Assembly (NCBI RefSeq): GCF_039654945.1
Contig: NW_027361819.1
Location: 2,728,001 to 2,792,000 of the forward strand
DNA: 64,000 nucleotides
Source: Dendrobates tinctorius
Lineage: Eukaryota
Reading direction: 5' to 3'
The position numbers were made by a program, and so were the translations under genes. Positions within the stretch are counted from its first letter, which is position 1, and each line of letters starts with the position of its first letter. A model generated the notes under the pieces. That model was not told the origin of the DNA. It was given only the letters and a program-made list of their open reading frames with translations, and searched no databases. This document shows, one piece after another, positions 11,301 to 22,539 of the stretch.

Positions 11301-13280
11301 TCAGTAGCTCCACAATCTTGGGGAAGACTGCTGACCTGACAGATGTCCAGAAGGCCATCACTGACACCCTCCAAAATCATGGGGAAGACTGCTGACCTGA
11401 CAGATGTCCAGAAGGCCATCACTGACACCCTCCACAATCATGGGGAAGACTGCTGACCTGACAGATGTCCAGAAGGCAGTCACTGATGCACTCCGCAAGG
11501 AGGAGAAGCCACAAAAGGTCATTGCTAAAGACGCCGGCTGTTCACAGAGTGCTGTATCCGAGAATATTAATGGGAAGTGGAGTGGAAGGAAAAAGTGTGG
11601 TAGAAAAAGGTGCACAAGTCACCGGGAAAACCGCAGCCTGGAAAGGATTGTTAAGAAAAGGCCATTCAGTAATGTGGGGGAGATTCACAAGGAGCGGACT
11701 GCTGCTGGAGTCATTGCTTCACACCACAAACAGACGTCTCCAGGACATGGGCTACAAGTGTCACATTCCTTGTGTCAGCCACTCATGACCAATAGACAAC
11801 GCCAGAAGCATCTTACCTGGGCCAAGGAGAAGAACCGGACTGTGGTCAGTGGTCCCAGAGTCTGGAGGAAGAGTGGAGAGGCCACAATCCAAGCTGCTGG
11901 AGGTCTAGTGTGAAGTCTCCACCATCAGTGATGGTTTGGGGAGCCATGTCATCTGCGGGTGTAGGTCCACTGTGTTTTATCAAGACCAAAGTCAGCGCAG
12001 CCGTCTACCATGACATGTTAGAGCTCTTCATGCTTCCCTCTGCTGACAAGCTTTATGGAGATGGAAATGTCATTCTCCAGCAGGACTTGGCCCCTGTCCA
12101 CACTGCCAAAAGTACCAATACCTGGTGTAAAGACAACAGTATCACTGGGCTGATTGCCAGCAAACTCACCTGACCATAACCCCATAGAAAATCTATGGAG
12201 TATTGTCAAGAGGAAGATGAGAGACAACTGATCCAACAATGCAGACGAGCTGAAGGCTGCTATCAAAGCGACCTGGGCTTCCATAACCCCTCAGCAGTGC
12301 CACAGGCTGATCGCCTCCATGCCACGCCGCATTGATGCAGTAATTGATGCACATGGAGCCCGACCAAGTATTGAGCGCATTTACTGATCACACATTTCAG
12401 ATTTTACAATCATTTTTCAGGCTTGTGTTATAAAGTATTCTAATTTCCTGAGATAATGACTTTTGGGTTCTCATTGGCTGTAAGCCATAATCATCAACAT
12501 TACCAGAAATAAACCGTGAGATAGATCACTCTGTGTGTAATGACTCTATAGAATAGAGGAGAGGCACTGTCTGTATTGAAGAACTGAAATAAATTCACTT
12601 TTAGATGATATTCTCATTTAGAGAGAAGCTCCTGTATGTGTCTGAGACCCCGCACTATAATATTATATTACGTCACACCCTGCGCCCCTTATGTGATGTC
12701 ACCGGTTATAATGACACCATTCGTTTTTCTTACAGACTGATAATGAGGAAAAGTCTATTCCAGCACCTCCAGGCCAGAGGCATCCAGGTACCCGAGCCGT
12801 GTGACACCCGACCCAATCATATGGCATATGTGATAGTCTGCAGACGTCTTATGATGGGTGGGACAGTCTGCAGCGGTCAAATAATGGGTGTGATAGTCTT
12901 CAGTGGTCAGTTAATGGGTATGATAGGCTGCAGACATCTTATGACGGGTAGGACAGTCTGCAGTGGTCAGATAATGGATGTGATAGTCTGCAGCAGTCAT
13001 ATGATGGGTCTGATGGTCTGCAGCGGTCATATGATGGGTGTGAGACTCTGCATACCTACTCTTGTGTCCTCTGTTTCGCCCCCTACAGGTTTACCTATGG
13101 GTACTGAACCAGGACTCTGATTTCCGGCGAGCCTTGGACTGTGGGGTCACCGGGGTTATGACGGATTACCCCTCCAAGCTTCGCACCTTCCTGCAGGAAT
13201 ATGATGGGGAGCAGAGGACTCGGGGGGCAGAGGCCCCGGCCGCCTCGTCAGGAGGGGAGCAGCAGAGGACGCACATGTGA
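5340..13280 (+). CDS. gdpd3: Glycerophosphodiester phosphodiesterase domain-containing protein 3 (lysophospholipase D, GDPD1/3 family), 10 coding exons, 336 aa
   Basis: Exons 5340-5478, 5758-5800, 7163-7298, 7507-7552, 7637-7755, 8142-8231, 9101-9234, 10433-10492, 12736-12787, 13089-13280; all GT-AG, phases consistent, total 1011 nt. Motifs ISHRGGAGEKIENT, LLELDCHMTKDG-VVSHD, INVEIK, VYLWVLN, GVMTDYPSKL. gdpd3 rather than gdpd1 is inferred from synteny with tbx6/ppp4c. Confidence 0.93.
5808..7110. repeat. G-rich ~19-21-bp imperfect minisatellite (GCAGCGTTGATCTGTGGGG) in gdpd3 intron 2
   Basis: TTGATC core repeated dozens of times; explains the long minus-strand PQINAAP ORFs. Confidence 0.92.
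7782..8115. repeat. ~22-bp imperfect minisatellite (CCCCCATGTACCCGCTGTGTG) in gdpd3 intron 5
   Basis: CCCCATGTA core repeated about 14 times. Confidence 0.85.
8385..8914 (+). mobile_element. 5'-truncated CR1 LINE 3' end
   Basis: ORF 8391-8834 reads VRPHLEYCVQFWAP...EWNRLPREVV (CR1 ORF2 C-terminus); ends in the CR1-type (ATTCTATG)n tail at ~8897-8914. Confidence 0.93.
9245..10405. repeat. ~30-bp (59-bp dimer) G-rich minisatellite (TATACAGGGTGCAGGGGGTGTCTCTGCCG...) in gdpd3 intron 7
   Basis: TATACAGGG core repeated throughout; homogeneous dimer block at ~9620-10070. Confidence 0.92.
10696..12634 (+). mobile_element. Tc1-like DNA transposon (defective) in gdpd3 intron 8
   Basis: TA|CAGGAGCTTCTC ... 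GAGAAGCTCCTG|TA termini with ~200-bp inverted repeats; frameshifted transposase pieces (MGKTADLT..., VMVWGAMS, QQDLAPVH). Confidence 0.93.
10947..11290. mobile_element. Harbinger/PIF-like MITE nested in the Tc1
   Basis: Imperfect TIRs AGGTTCTGTCACACTTAGCGAT / ATTGCTTAGTGTGACAGGCCCT flanked by a TTA duplication (10944-10946, 11291-11293). Confidence 0.75.
12831..13045. repeat. 30-bp tandem repeat (TGATAGTCTGCAGCGGTCATATGATGGGTG) in gdpd3 intron 9
   Basis: About 7 imperfect units at 30-bp spacing. Confidence 0.85.
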
Positions 13281-13296
13281 CTTATGTAACGATGTA

Positions 13297-13311
13297 AATA
13301 AAGGCTTTATT
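13297..13311. terminator. Back-to-back poly(A) signals: AATAAA on + (13297-13302, gdpd3) and AATAAA on - (13311-13306, Tbx6-related gene)
   Basis: Sequence AATAAAG-G-CTTTATT, 17 nt after the gdpd3 stop and ~270 nt after the minus-strand T-box gene stop. Actual usage is inferred. Confidence 0.7.
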
Positions 13312-13582
13312 ATACAGTATTGTACAGCTCGTGGGGCGGCGGCGGCCATCATACATGTCAGACACCGAGACCCCAGAGGCGGCTCACCTCTGCGGTGGGA
13401 GAAAGTCTGTAGAGCATCCCCCGGCCTCTCTGCTGCAGAACATCTTCCGCTTCACCCCCTCGTGACTGTCTCGGACATTATCATCCTCAGCAGTCTGCTC
13501 TGCCAGTCACTCGGCTCCGCTCGGGCCGGGCACCATAATCCTCTGTGCTGCTGTGCAGGGCCCCCAGAATGTGCCTGTGCCA

Positions 13583-16500
13583 TCACACGCCCCCGGAGGT
13601 GGTATGAGGGGGCAGATACCAGGGCGGCGTGCACACCTGATGCAGGAGGGGGGCATGCAGGGTAGAAAAGGGGTAAGTCAGCCTGACTCGCGGAAAGGTC
13701 CAGGAGCCCATAAAATAGGGGGCAACGGGAGGCAAATTGGAGGCCGAGGGAGGAAACGGGGCCAAAGCGGAAGGAGGTGGATGAGCCAATCTGTAAATGA
13801 AGAGGAGCGGTCAGATAGCGGCACGGCAGGCAGGACACGTCGCGTGCAGAGACAACGACCTTACCTGTGACCTGCGGGGCAGGCGCGGGGACTGTAGGCT
13901 GTCACTGACAGCGCAGAGGGGGCTGCCCACATCGGTCTCTGTGTTACGGGGTCCCACTGCACAAGGCAGTCTGTCCTGTGTGCTCGCTCCTCTCTCTCCT
14001 CTGTAGCTTCCCTGTGTGTTATGTCTCTGCCCTTGGCCAGGCTTGGGATGTCTCTGGGACTCTCTTTTCCAGGTGTCTGTCTCTTTTCTCCTTTCTCATC
14101 TCTCTTTTCTGTAACTTCCCTTCTCTCCTCTTCCTCTGCTCCTCTCCTTTCTGCTGATACAAGATGTCTCTCCACGTTCTCATCTACCGGACTCTCCACC
14201 CTGCTGTCTCTCTGAGAGGTTGTCAGCTCCGTTGCGCTCGCTTTATGTCTCTTAATAACTGGAAAAAGATAAAAAAACATAATCGGCGTATATTATATGT
14301 AGCCAAGCGTCCCCTGCAATATTGGGGTTCAACTAAGCTGTAAAGGGCATATATCCACACCCTTACTGATTGTTTCCAATAGACAGAATAGTGAGTGCAG
14401 CTCTGGAGTATAATACAGCATGTAACTCAGGATCTGTAATGTAATGTATGTACACAGTGACTGCACCAGTAGAATAGTGAGTGCAGCTCTGGAGTATAAT
14501 ACAGGAGGTAACTCAGGATCAGTAATGTAATGTATGTACACAGTGACTGCACCAGCAGAATAGTGAGTGCAGCTCTGGAGTATAATACAGGAGGTAACTC
14601 AGGATCAGTAATGTAATGTATGTACACAGTGACTGCACCAGCAGAATAGTGAGTGCAGCTCTGGGGTATAATACAGGATGTAACTCAGGATCAGTAATGT
14701 AATGTATGTACACAGTGACTGCACCAGCAGAATAGTGAGTGCAGCTCTGGAGTATAATACAGCATGTAACTCAGGATCTGTAATGTAATGTATGTACACA
14801 GTGACTGCACCAGCAGAATAGTGAGTGCAGCTCTGGAGTATAATACAGGAGGTAACTCAGGATCAGTAATGTAATGTATGTACACAGTGACTGCACCAGT
14901 AGAATAGTGAGTGCAGCTCTGGGGTATAATACAGGAGGTAACTCAGGATCAGTAATGTAATGTATGTACACAGTGACTGCACCAGCAGAATAGTGAGTGC
15001 AGCTCTGGGATATAATACAGGATGTAACTCAGGATCAGTAATGTAATGTATGTAGACAGTGACTGCACCAGCAGAATAGTGAGCGCAGCTCTGGGATATA
15101 ATACAGGATGTAACTCAGGATCAGTAATGTATGTACACAGTTACTGCACCAGCAGAAGAGTGAGTGCAGCTCTGGAGTATAATACAGGATGTAACTCAGG
15201 ATCAGTAATGTAATGTATGTACACAGTGACTGCACCAGCAGAATAGTGAGTGCAGCTCTGGGGTATAATACAGGATGTAACTCAGGATCAGTAATGTAAT
15301 GTATGTACACAGTGACTGCACCAGCAGAATAATGAGTGCAGCTCTGGAGTATAATACAGGATGTAACTCAGGATCAGTAATGTAGTGTATGTACACAGTG
15401 ACTGCACCAGCAGAATAGTGAGTGCAGCTCTGGGGTATAATACAGGATGTAGCTCAGAATCAGTAATATATGTACTGTGAGAATCATGTGGGAATAGTGG
15501 ATGAGGGCAGGTATATCTCGCCCAGATTCCTTTCCTATGTGGCCTAGTCTGGTCAGTATCGCACCTGCTTGCTAATGAATAATGGGAGGTGGATATAAAA
15601 GGATGCCCGGTGGTTGTGTGAGTGTCTCAGCCTGGGAACACAGAGAGCCTGTCTGTGTGAGAGACACACGTGAGTGAGAGCAGTGCCCACTGCAACTGTG
15701 GTTTGGCTGGACGGGAGAAGCCCGCCAGTTGGTAGTTAGGTTGTACCTTGTTTAGTTAGTGCCGGACAGGCAAGGATTTGTTTTATGTTTTATTTCCTTT
15801 TTGCATTGCTTTCACTATTAATAAACCTGACCCAGGGTCAGTTACACCTGAATCCCAGCTCTGCGCCTGAGTTTCACGCACATGACCTTTGACCCCAGCA
15901 AAGCCGATCCCGGAGTGTTTTATCACAGTACACAGTGACTGCACCAGCAGAATAGTGAGTGCAGCTCTGGAGTATAATACAGGATGTAGCTCAGAATCAG
16001 TAATGTATGTACACAGTGACTGCACCAGCAGAATAGTGAGTGCAGCTCTGGGGTATAATACAGGATGTAACTCAGGAACAGTAATGTAATGTATATACAC
16101 AGTGACTGCACCAGCAGAATAGTGAGTGCAGCTCTGGAGTATAATACAGGATGTAGCTCAGAATCAGTAATGTATGTACACAGTGACTGCACCAGCAGAA
16201 TAGTGAGTGCAGCTCTGGGGTATAATACAGGATGTAACTCAGGAACAGTAATGTAATGTATGTACACAGTGACTGCACCAGCAGAATAGTGAGTGCAGCT
16301 CTGGAGTATAATACAGGATGTAGCTCAGAATCAGTAATGTATGTACACAGTGACTGCACCAGCAGAATAGTGAGTGCAGCTCTGGGGTATAATACAGGAT
16401 GTAACTCAGGATCAGTAATGTGATGTATGTACACAGTGACTGCACCAGCAGAATAGTGAGTGCAGCTCTGGGGTATAATACAGGATATAACTCAGGATCA

Positions 16501-19500
16501 GTAATGTAATGTACGTACACAGTGACTGCACCAGCAGAATAGTGAGTGCAGCTCTGGGATATAATACAGGATGTAACTCAGGATCAGTAATGTAATGTAT
16601 GTACACAGTGACTGCACCAGCAGAATAGTGAGTGCAGCTCTGGGGTATAATACAGGATGTAACTCAGGATCAGTAATGTATGTACACAGTGACTGCACCA
16701 GTAGAATAGTGAGTGCAGCTCTGGGGTATAATACAGGATGTAACTCAGGATCAGTAATGTATGTACACAGTGACTGCACCAGTAGAATAGTGAGTGCAGC
16801 TCTGGGGTATAATACAGGAGGTAACTCCGGATCAGTAATGTAATGTATGTACACAGTGACTGCACCAGCAGAATAGTGAATGCAGCTCTGGAGTATAATA
16901 CAGGATGTAACTCAGGATCAGTAATGTAATGTATGTACACAGTGACTGCACCAGCAGAATAGTGAGTGCAGCTCTGGAGTATAATACAGGATGTAGCTCA
17001 GAATCAGTAATGTATGTACACAGTGACTGCACCAGCAGAATAGTGAGTGCAGCTCTGGGGTATAATACAGGATGTAACTCAGGAACAGTAATGTAATGTA
17101 TATACACAGTGACTGCACCAGCAGAATAGTGAGTGCAGCTCTGGAGTATAATACAGGATGTAGCTCAGAATCAGTAATGTATGTACACAGTGACTGCACC
17201 AGCAGAATAGTGAGTGCAGCTCTGGAGTATAATACAGGATGTAGCTCAGAATCAGTAATGTATGTACACAGTGACTGCACCAGCAGAATAGTGAGTGCAG
17301 CTCTGGGGTATAATACAGGATGTAACTCAGGAACAGTAATGTAATGTATATACACAGTGACTGCACCAGCAGAATAGTGAGTACAGCTCTGGAGTATAAT
17401 ACAGGATGTAGCTCAGAATCAGTAATGTAATGTATGTACACCGTGACTGCACCAGCAGAATAGTGAGTGCAGCTCTGGAGTATAATACAGGATGTAGCTC
17501 AGAATCAGTAATGTATGTACACAGTGACTACACTAGCAGAATAGTGAGTGCAGCTGTGAAGTTTGTACGGTAATACAGGATGTGACTTAGCATGAGTTTT
17601 AAGTTTAAAAAAAGGGAAGTATGTTGTAATGTGCGGACATTTAGTGCAGATGATACCGTGCTCTCGGACTGACCTGGGGACCCATCTCCATCCAGTCCCG
17701 GTCTGTGGTGCCTCTTTCTTGGATTGCTGCTAAAATATAGATTTATTTTTACTGTTATGTTTTATAACGTTTCTCCTTAATAAGCGATTCCTCAATCTAA
17801 TCATTATAGGGGCAGTCACATTAGGGGTCAGACACCACCCAGAGACTGATATTTTTGGGGGGCCAGTCTGTTTCACCTTATTCTGCCAGTAGGGGGCGAT
17901 ACTTACTTTTCCTGCTGACTCTTGAAATATTTAATTCCTTTTGCAAATGGATTTTCTTCTATTTTCAGCAAGGAGAGCTGCAGAGAGGAAGAATGGGTGA
18001 GAGGAGGAGCCAGTGGTAGTGGAAGGAGACAGTGACAGAGGGAGGAGCCATGAAACATACATTTTATAGGGAGCCCAATGCTCTTAAAGGGTTTATTCCC
18101 ATTGTAATGAACGGGTGTTACCAAATAGTAAATACAAACAATTTTGCAATTTACAGCTTATTAAAATTTCCAGCCGTTCTGGAGATATGAACACTTTAGT
18201 TTATACCTCGCTACTATGGAGACGACCACCGATTGTGCACAAGCTCTTTTATATTGAGCTTGTAAGTGCTGCTTTAAAGCTGGCCAGCATTGCTGGAGTG
18301 AGTTGTTACCTCCTATTCTCGGCAAGCTTCAGCACAGTGCATACAAGCTTTATAGCAGCGGTGGTCGGTCACCTAGGCAACAAACTGTAAACAAAAAGAA
18401 AAGTGTTAATATCTCATGAATGGCTGCAGATTTTAACAAACAGTAAATTGCAAAAGTGCTTGGTTTAACAAGAACTATCTGACAATATCCGTCTATGGAG
18501 ACACAAATAATGTCTTAAAGGGGGTGTCCATACACAAGCAATGAACCCTACTGACCTTGGGATTCTGGTAGCTGGTGACCGCTATGAAGGACGTCTCCGG
18601 GAAAGAGATGGAGGAGGCTGGCCGGGCATGGGGTCCATTATTGGAGGTGGGGATGATGTATAATCGCAGGTAGTAACGGTGCATGGACTGCAGGACGATC
18701 TGAGCAGAAAGTATCATTAGAGATCATGAGGGTACAAGGATCGTCCTGGTAGGGGGCTCCCTGCCACCACAATAATTCTCAATTTTTCATGATTGTACGA
18801 CACTAGGTGGCGCCACCCTCGTAGGTTCTATGGACACATCTCCGCCATACCTGTCCTCCCTGGGTCAGGGTATTGTTGGTCAGTCGGATCCTGTTGAAGC
18901 AGATGGGTCTCTCCATCCATCGGTGACCTGGGGCCGGGGATTCGGGGTGGAGGTAGAGACGGGTGGGGGGTCCTGGCTCTGCCCTGCCACTCATGCTCCA
19001 GGTCCGGTCACGCCACTTGTAGCGGTTCTCACCGTCAGGGACGGCCTGGACACAGAGACAGTAGAGACCGTGCGGGTCCAGGCCGGACAAAGAGACAGAA
19101 AACTCTGGGAACATCCGCCTGTGGGCACAAGAAGGACAGTCAGACTCATCCCCCGAACTGGGAGGCTTCACCCCACGGGTTCCTGTCAGATGCAGAGTGA
19201 CAGCAATTGTTGGCCGCCATTACTGTGGGTTGTAGTGAGTGCGGCCCACATACTGGGGTTCTGGCATTCTGTTCATGAACCAGGAGGCTCAGGATGAACA
19301 TCACACACTTACCGCCCATTTTTGGTCAGTATCATTTCTGTCCCCACGGCATTAAACTTCTCCCATAATTCCCTGTTTTCCAATTGGGCAGAGATTTGTG
19401 GAGCGGTGGCGGCTGGCGACCCGGGAGGAGAGCAGTATGGCGGAGAGAGATAGTATCCAGCGGGATGAGGGAACTTCGTGCCTGAATGAAGCAGAAGGGA

Positions 19501-21591
19501 CGTCCGATGTCACTAATGGCGTCGCCCGAAACACCCGGCTAAATATTCACACAAGGGGAAAGTGACCTGAGGTTACCGCAATTCACACTCCGCTGCCATG
19601 TCTGCCCAGGAATCTACCAGCCCAGAGCTGCGCACTACAACTCCCAGCATAGCACACCTGTCAGGCGTTGTAGTGACAGCTGGACAGAAGACACCTGCGG
19701 ACAGCCGGGAGGGAACACATATGGCGGCTTTACAGCTTCTCAAATGATTCACAAAATCCCAAGCCAACACTAAGTAGACCCCACACTACAAGGCGGAGGG
19801 GCAGAGAATTGTATTTGTCACAAAATCTCATTTTCATCCATCGCTGTGATACAGATCAGCCCTGACCAAAAAGAAGATGTTGCCCCTAGCAACCAATCAC
19901 AGAGCGGCTATCATTCTGTAAACAGCTCTGGTGAAATGAAAGCTATGCTGTGATTGGTCACGAAGGACAGCTCCGCGTTTAGTCAGTTTTCATGAGTTAG
20001 GCCCAAAAGATGTCTGCCCTGACGTCTGAGGTAAAGAAGTATATACACAGGGCATACAGTATATATACAGACTATGCCACATTCTGTGTTATCTGTGGTG
20101 TTACTTAGGACTGCAGGTGACATCTACTCCATTATCTGTACTCAGAGAGTTATCACTGTGTTATCTGTGGTGTTACATAGGACTGCAGGTGACATCTACT
20201 ACATTATCTGTACTCAGAGAGTTATCACTGTGTTATCTGTGGTGTTACATAGGACTGCAGGTGACATCTACTACATTATCTGTACTCACAGAGCTATCAC
20301 TGTATTATCTGTGGTGTTACATAGGACTGCAGGTGACATCTACTACCTTATCTGTACTCAGAGAGTTATCACTGTGTTATCTGTGGTGTTGCATAGGACT
20401 GCAGGTGACATCTACTACATTATCTGTACTCAGAGAGTTATCACTGTGTTATCTGTGGTGTTACATAGGACTGCAGGTGACATCTACTACATTATCTGTA
20501 CTCAGAGAGTTATCACTGTGTTATCTGTGGTGTTACATAGGACTGCAGGTGACATCTACTACATTATCTGTACTCAGAGAGTTATCACTGTGTTATCTGT
20601 GGTGTTACATAGGACTGCAGGTGACATCTACTACATTATCTGTACTCACAGAGCTATCACTGTATTATCTGTGGTGTTACATAGGACTGCAGGTGACATC
20701 TACTACCTTATCTGCACTCAGAGAGTTATCACTGTGTCATCTGTGGTGTTGCATAGGACTGCAGGTGACATCTACTACATTATCTGTACTCAGGCATTTA
20801 TCATTGTGTTATCTGTAATGTTACATAGGACTGCAGGTGACATCTGCTACATTATCTGTACTCAGTAATAAATCACTGTGTTATCTGTGGTGTTACATAG
20901 GACTGCAGGTGACATCTACTACACTATCTGTACTCAGTAATAAATCACTGTTATCTGTGGTGTTACATAGGACTGCAGGTGACATCTACTACACTATCTG
21001 TACTCAGTAATAAATCACTGTTATCTGTGGTGTTACATAGGACTGCAGGTGACATCTACTACATTATCTGTACTCACAGAGCTATCACTGTATTATCTGT
21101 GGTGTTACATAGGACTGCAGGTGACATCTACTACCTTATCTGCACTCAGAGAGTTATCACTGTGTCATCTGTGGTGTTGCATAGGACTGCAGGTGACATC
21201 TACTACATTATCTGTACTCAGGCATTTATCATTGTGTTATCTGTAATGTTACATAGGACTGCAGGTGACATCTGCTACATTATCTGTACTCAGTAATAAA
21301 TCACTGTGTTATCTGTGGTGTTACATAGGACTGCAGGTGACATCTACTACACTATCTGTACTCAGTAATAAATCACTGTTATCTGTGGTGTTACATAGGA
21401 CTGCAGGTGACATCTACTACACTATCTGTACTCGGTGATCAGAGAACGCCTCCATACAGTTCTCTCGTGCCACTCCCTATACACACACAGCGCACACATA
21501 TACCGTGACGGTGTCCGGGGTACTCACCCATGTCTCTCCTGAGTTGGGGTGGGGTGGGCAGGCAGCAGCCCAGTATTCCAGTTGAGTGCAT
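13583..21591 (-). CDS. tbx6r: Divergent Tbx6-related T-box transcription factor (probable tbx6r), 8 coding exons, ~457 aa
   Basis: Exons (minus) 21591-21528, 19481-19313, 19118-18851, 18699-18556, 17977-17907, 17729-17674, 14258-13865, 13790-13583; all GT-AG, phases consistent, 1374 nt with no internal stop. T-box: [28 protein letters not shown]...RYKW...SGRAEP...LTNNTL...SMHRY...[14 protein letters not shown]...NPFAKG. T-box exons are secure; first and last exons less so. Symbol is by analogy to the Xenopus Tbx6-related gene. Confidence 0.85.
14383..17585. repeat. 86-bp (81-bp variant) dispersed satellite array in intron 6 of the Tbx6-related gene
   Basis: Unit AGAATAGTGAGTGCAGCTCTGGAGTATAATACAGGATGTAACTCAGGATCAGTAATGTAATGTATGTACACAGTGACTGCACCAGC; interrupted by a solo LTR. 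Confidence 0.96.
15476..15927 (+). mobile_element. Solo LTR (452 bp, Gypsy-like)
   Basis: TGTGA...TCACA termini, 4-bp target duplication GTAC (15472-75, 15928-31), internal TATAAAA (~15594) and AATAAA (15820-25). Confidence 0.88.
18085..18517. mobile_element. Degenerate palindromic MITE (TTAA-flanked, Kolobok/T2-like)
   Basis: Long imperfect inverted arms (TTTTGCAATTTAC / GTAAATTGCAAAA; GACCACCG / CGGTGGTC); starts TTAAAGGG. Confidence 0.6.
20083..21433. repeat. 72-bp satellite (TTATCTGTGGTGTTACATAGGACTGCAGGTGACATCTACTACATTATCTGTACTCAGAGAGTTATCACTGTG) in intron 1 of the Tbx6-related gene
   Basis: 72-bp period (20161 to 20521 = 5 units), about 19 units. Confidence 0.95.
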
Positions 21592-21626
21592 GATGTGATC
21601 TGACACCCAGGACCTGGGGGGAGAGC

Positions 21627-21632
21627 TTTATA
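21627..21632 (-). promoter_or_regulatory. Candidate TATA box of the Tbx6-related gene
   Basis: TATAAA on minus strand ~36 nt upstream of the ATG at 21591; a T-box half-site (TAACACCT) lies at 21868-21875. Confidence 0.45.
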
Positions 21633-22539
21633 CAGTGGGAGGAGAGACCCCATACTCAGAAGGGGCCAGCCAGAATCCCATCATTGCCTCATTCCACACA
21701 GTAGAGCGCTAGCTCCTATGACAAGATCCTGATGTCGCACCCTGGAGCCCCCACCTATTATAAATGTGCGGGTCATTAGTGCATCATTGTGACCCCGCAA
21801 ATGGGGGGCAGTCTGTACACAGGGTAATTCTATGTTTAGATTCACCTAATCTCCATCATTACTCAATTAACACCTTGTTGCCCGCCCCCTTATAATTCTA
21901 CGACCCCTCCCCAGCTGTTGTCACCACATCTGCTATGAGGGGCTCCTTGTGTCTGCACTGATACATCCACTATCCTAGAAGTTCCACTGTCACACAAAAG
22001 GTTTAGACGTTCTATTTTTTGGATTGGGCTGGTGGGGGGGACAGTGACGACCAGTTTACCGGGAACAATGAGATCATGAGAAGGTTTATTCAACATGGCT
22101 GGACCACTAAGTGGTCATCAGAAGGTCAATGATGTCCTAAGGGACAGAGTTGGTCACCATCACAATGGACCACTAGGGACTATATGGATCTTATTAGACT
22201 ACCAGGGACTGTATGGGACCGCCAGAATTGTAGACTTTCTCACTGGGCCACAATAGGAAACTATTTCACTAGTCCACCAGGGACTATTTAGAAATACCAT
22301 CTTAGTGGACCACCAGGGACTGTATCGGACTAGTAGAATTTAGAGACTATCTCACTGGGTCAACGGGAGCTGGGTATTATCTCAGTGGATCAACACAATG
22401 ATAGATTAGCATTAGGAGTGGATTGGATCCCCATACAAAAATTAGATAGTCTATGGGTAAGGATAAGATGGTTTATCAGCAGGTCAGTAGGCGTTAATAG
22501 ATCACCAGGGAGTAGATGAAGCTCACTCATCTGTGGTCA

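Noticed and set aside
12605-13120. 171-aa ORF as a separate gene
   Set aside because: It is gdpd3 exon 9 read through into the 30-bp intronic repeat.
14383-17585. Regularly spaced repeats resembling a CRISPR array; [11 protein letters not shown]... ORFs
   Set aside because: Head-to-tail satellite with no unique spacers and no cas genes in a vertebrate locus; ORFs are artefacts of the unit.
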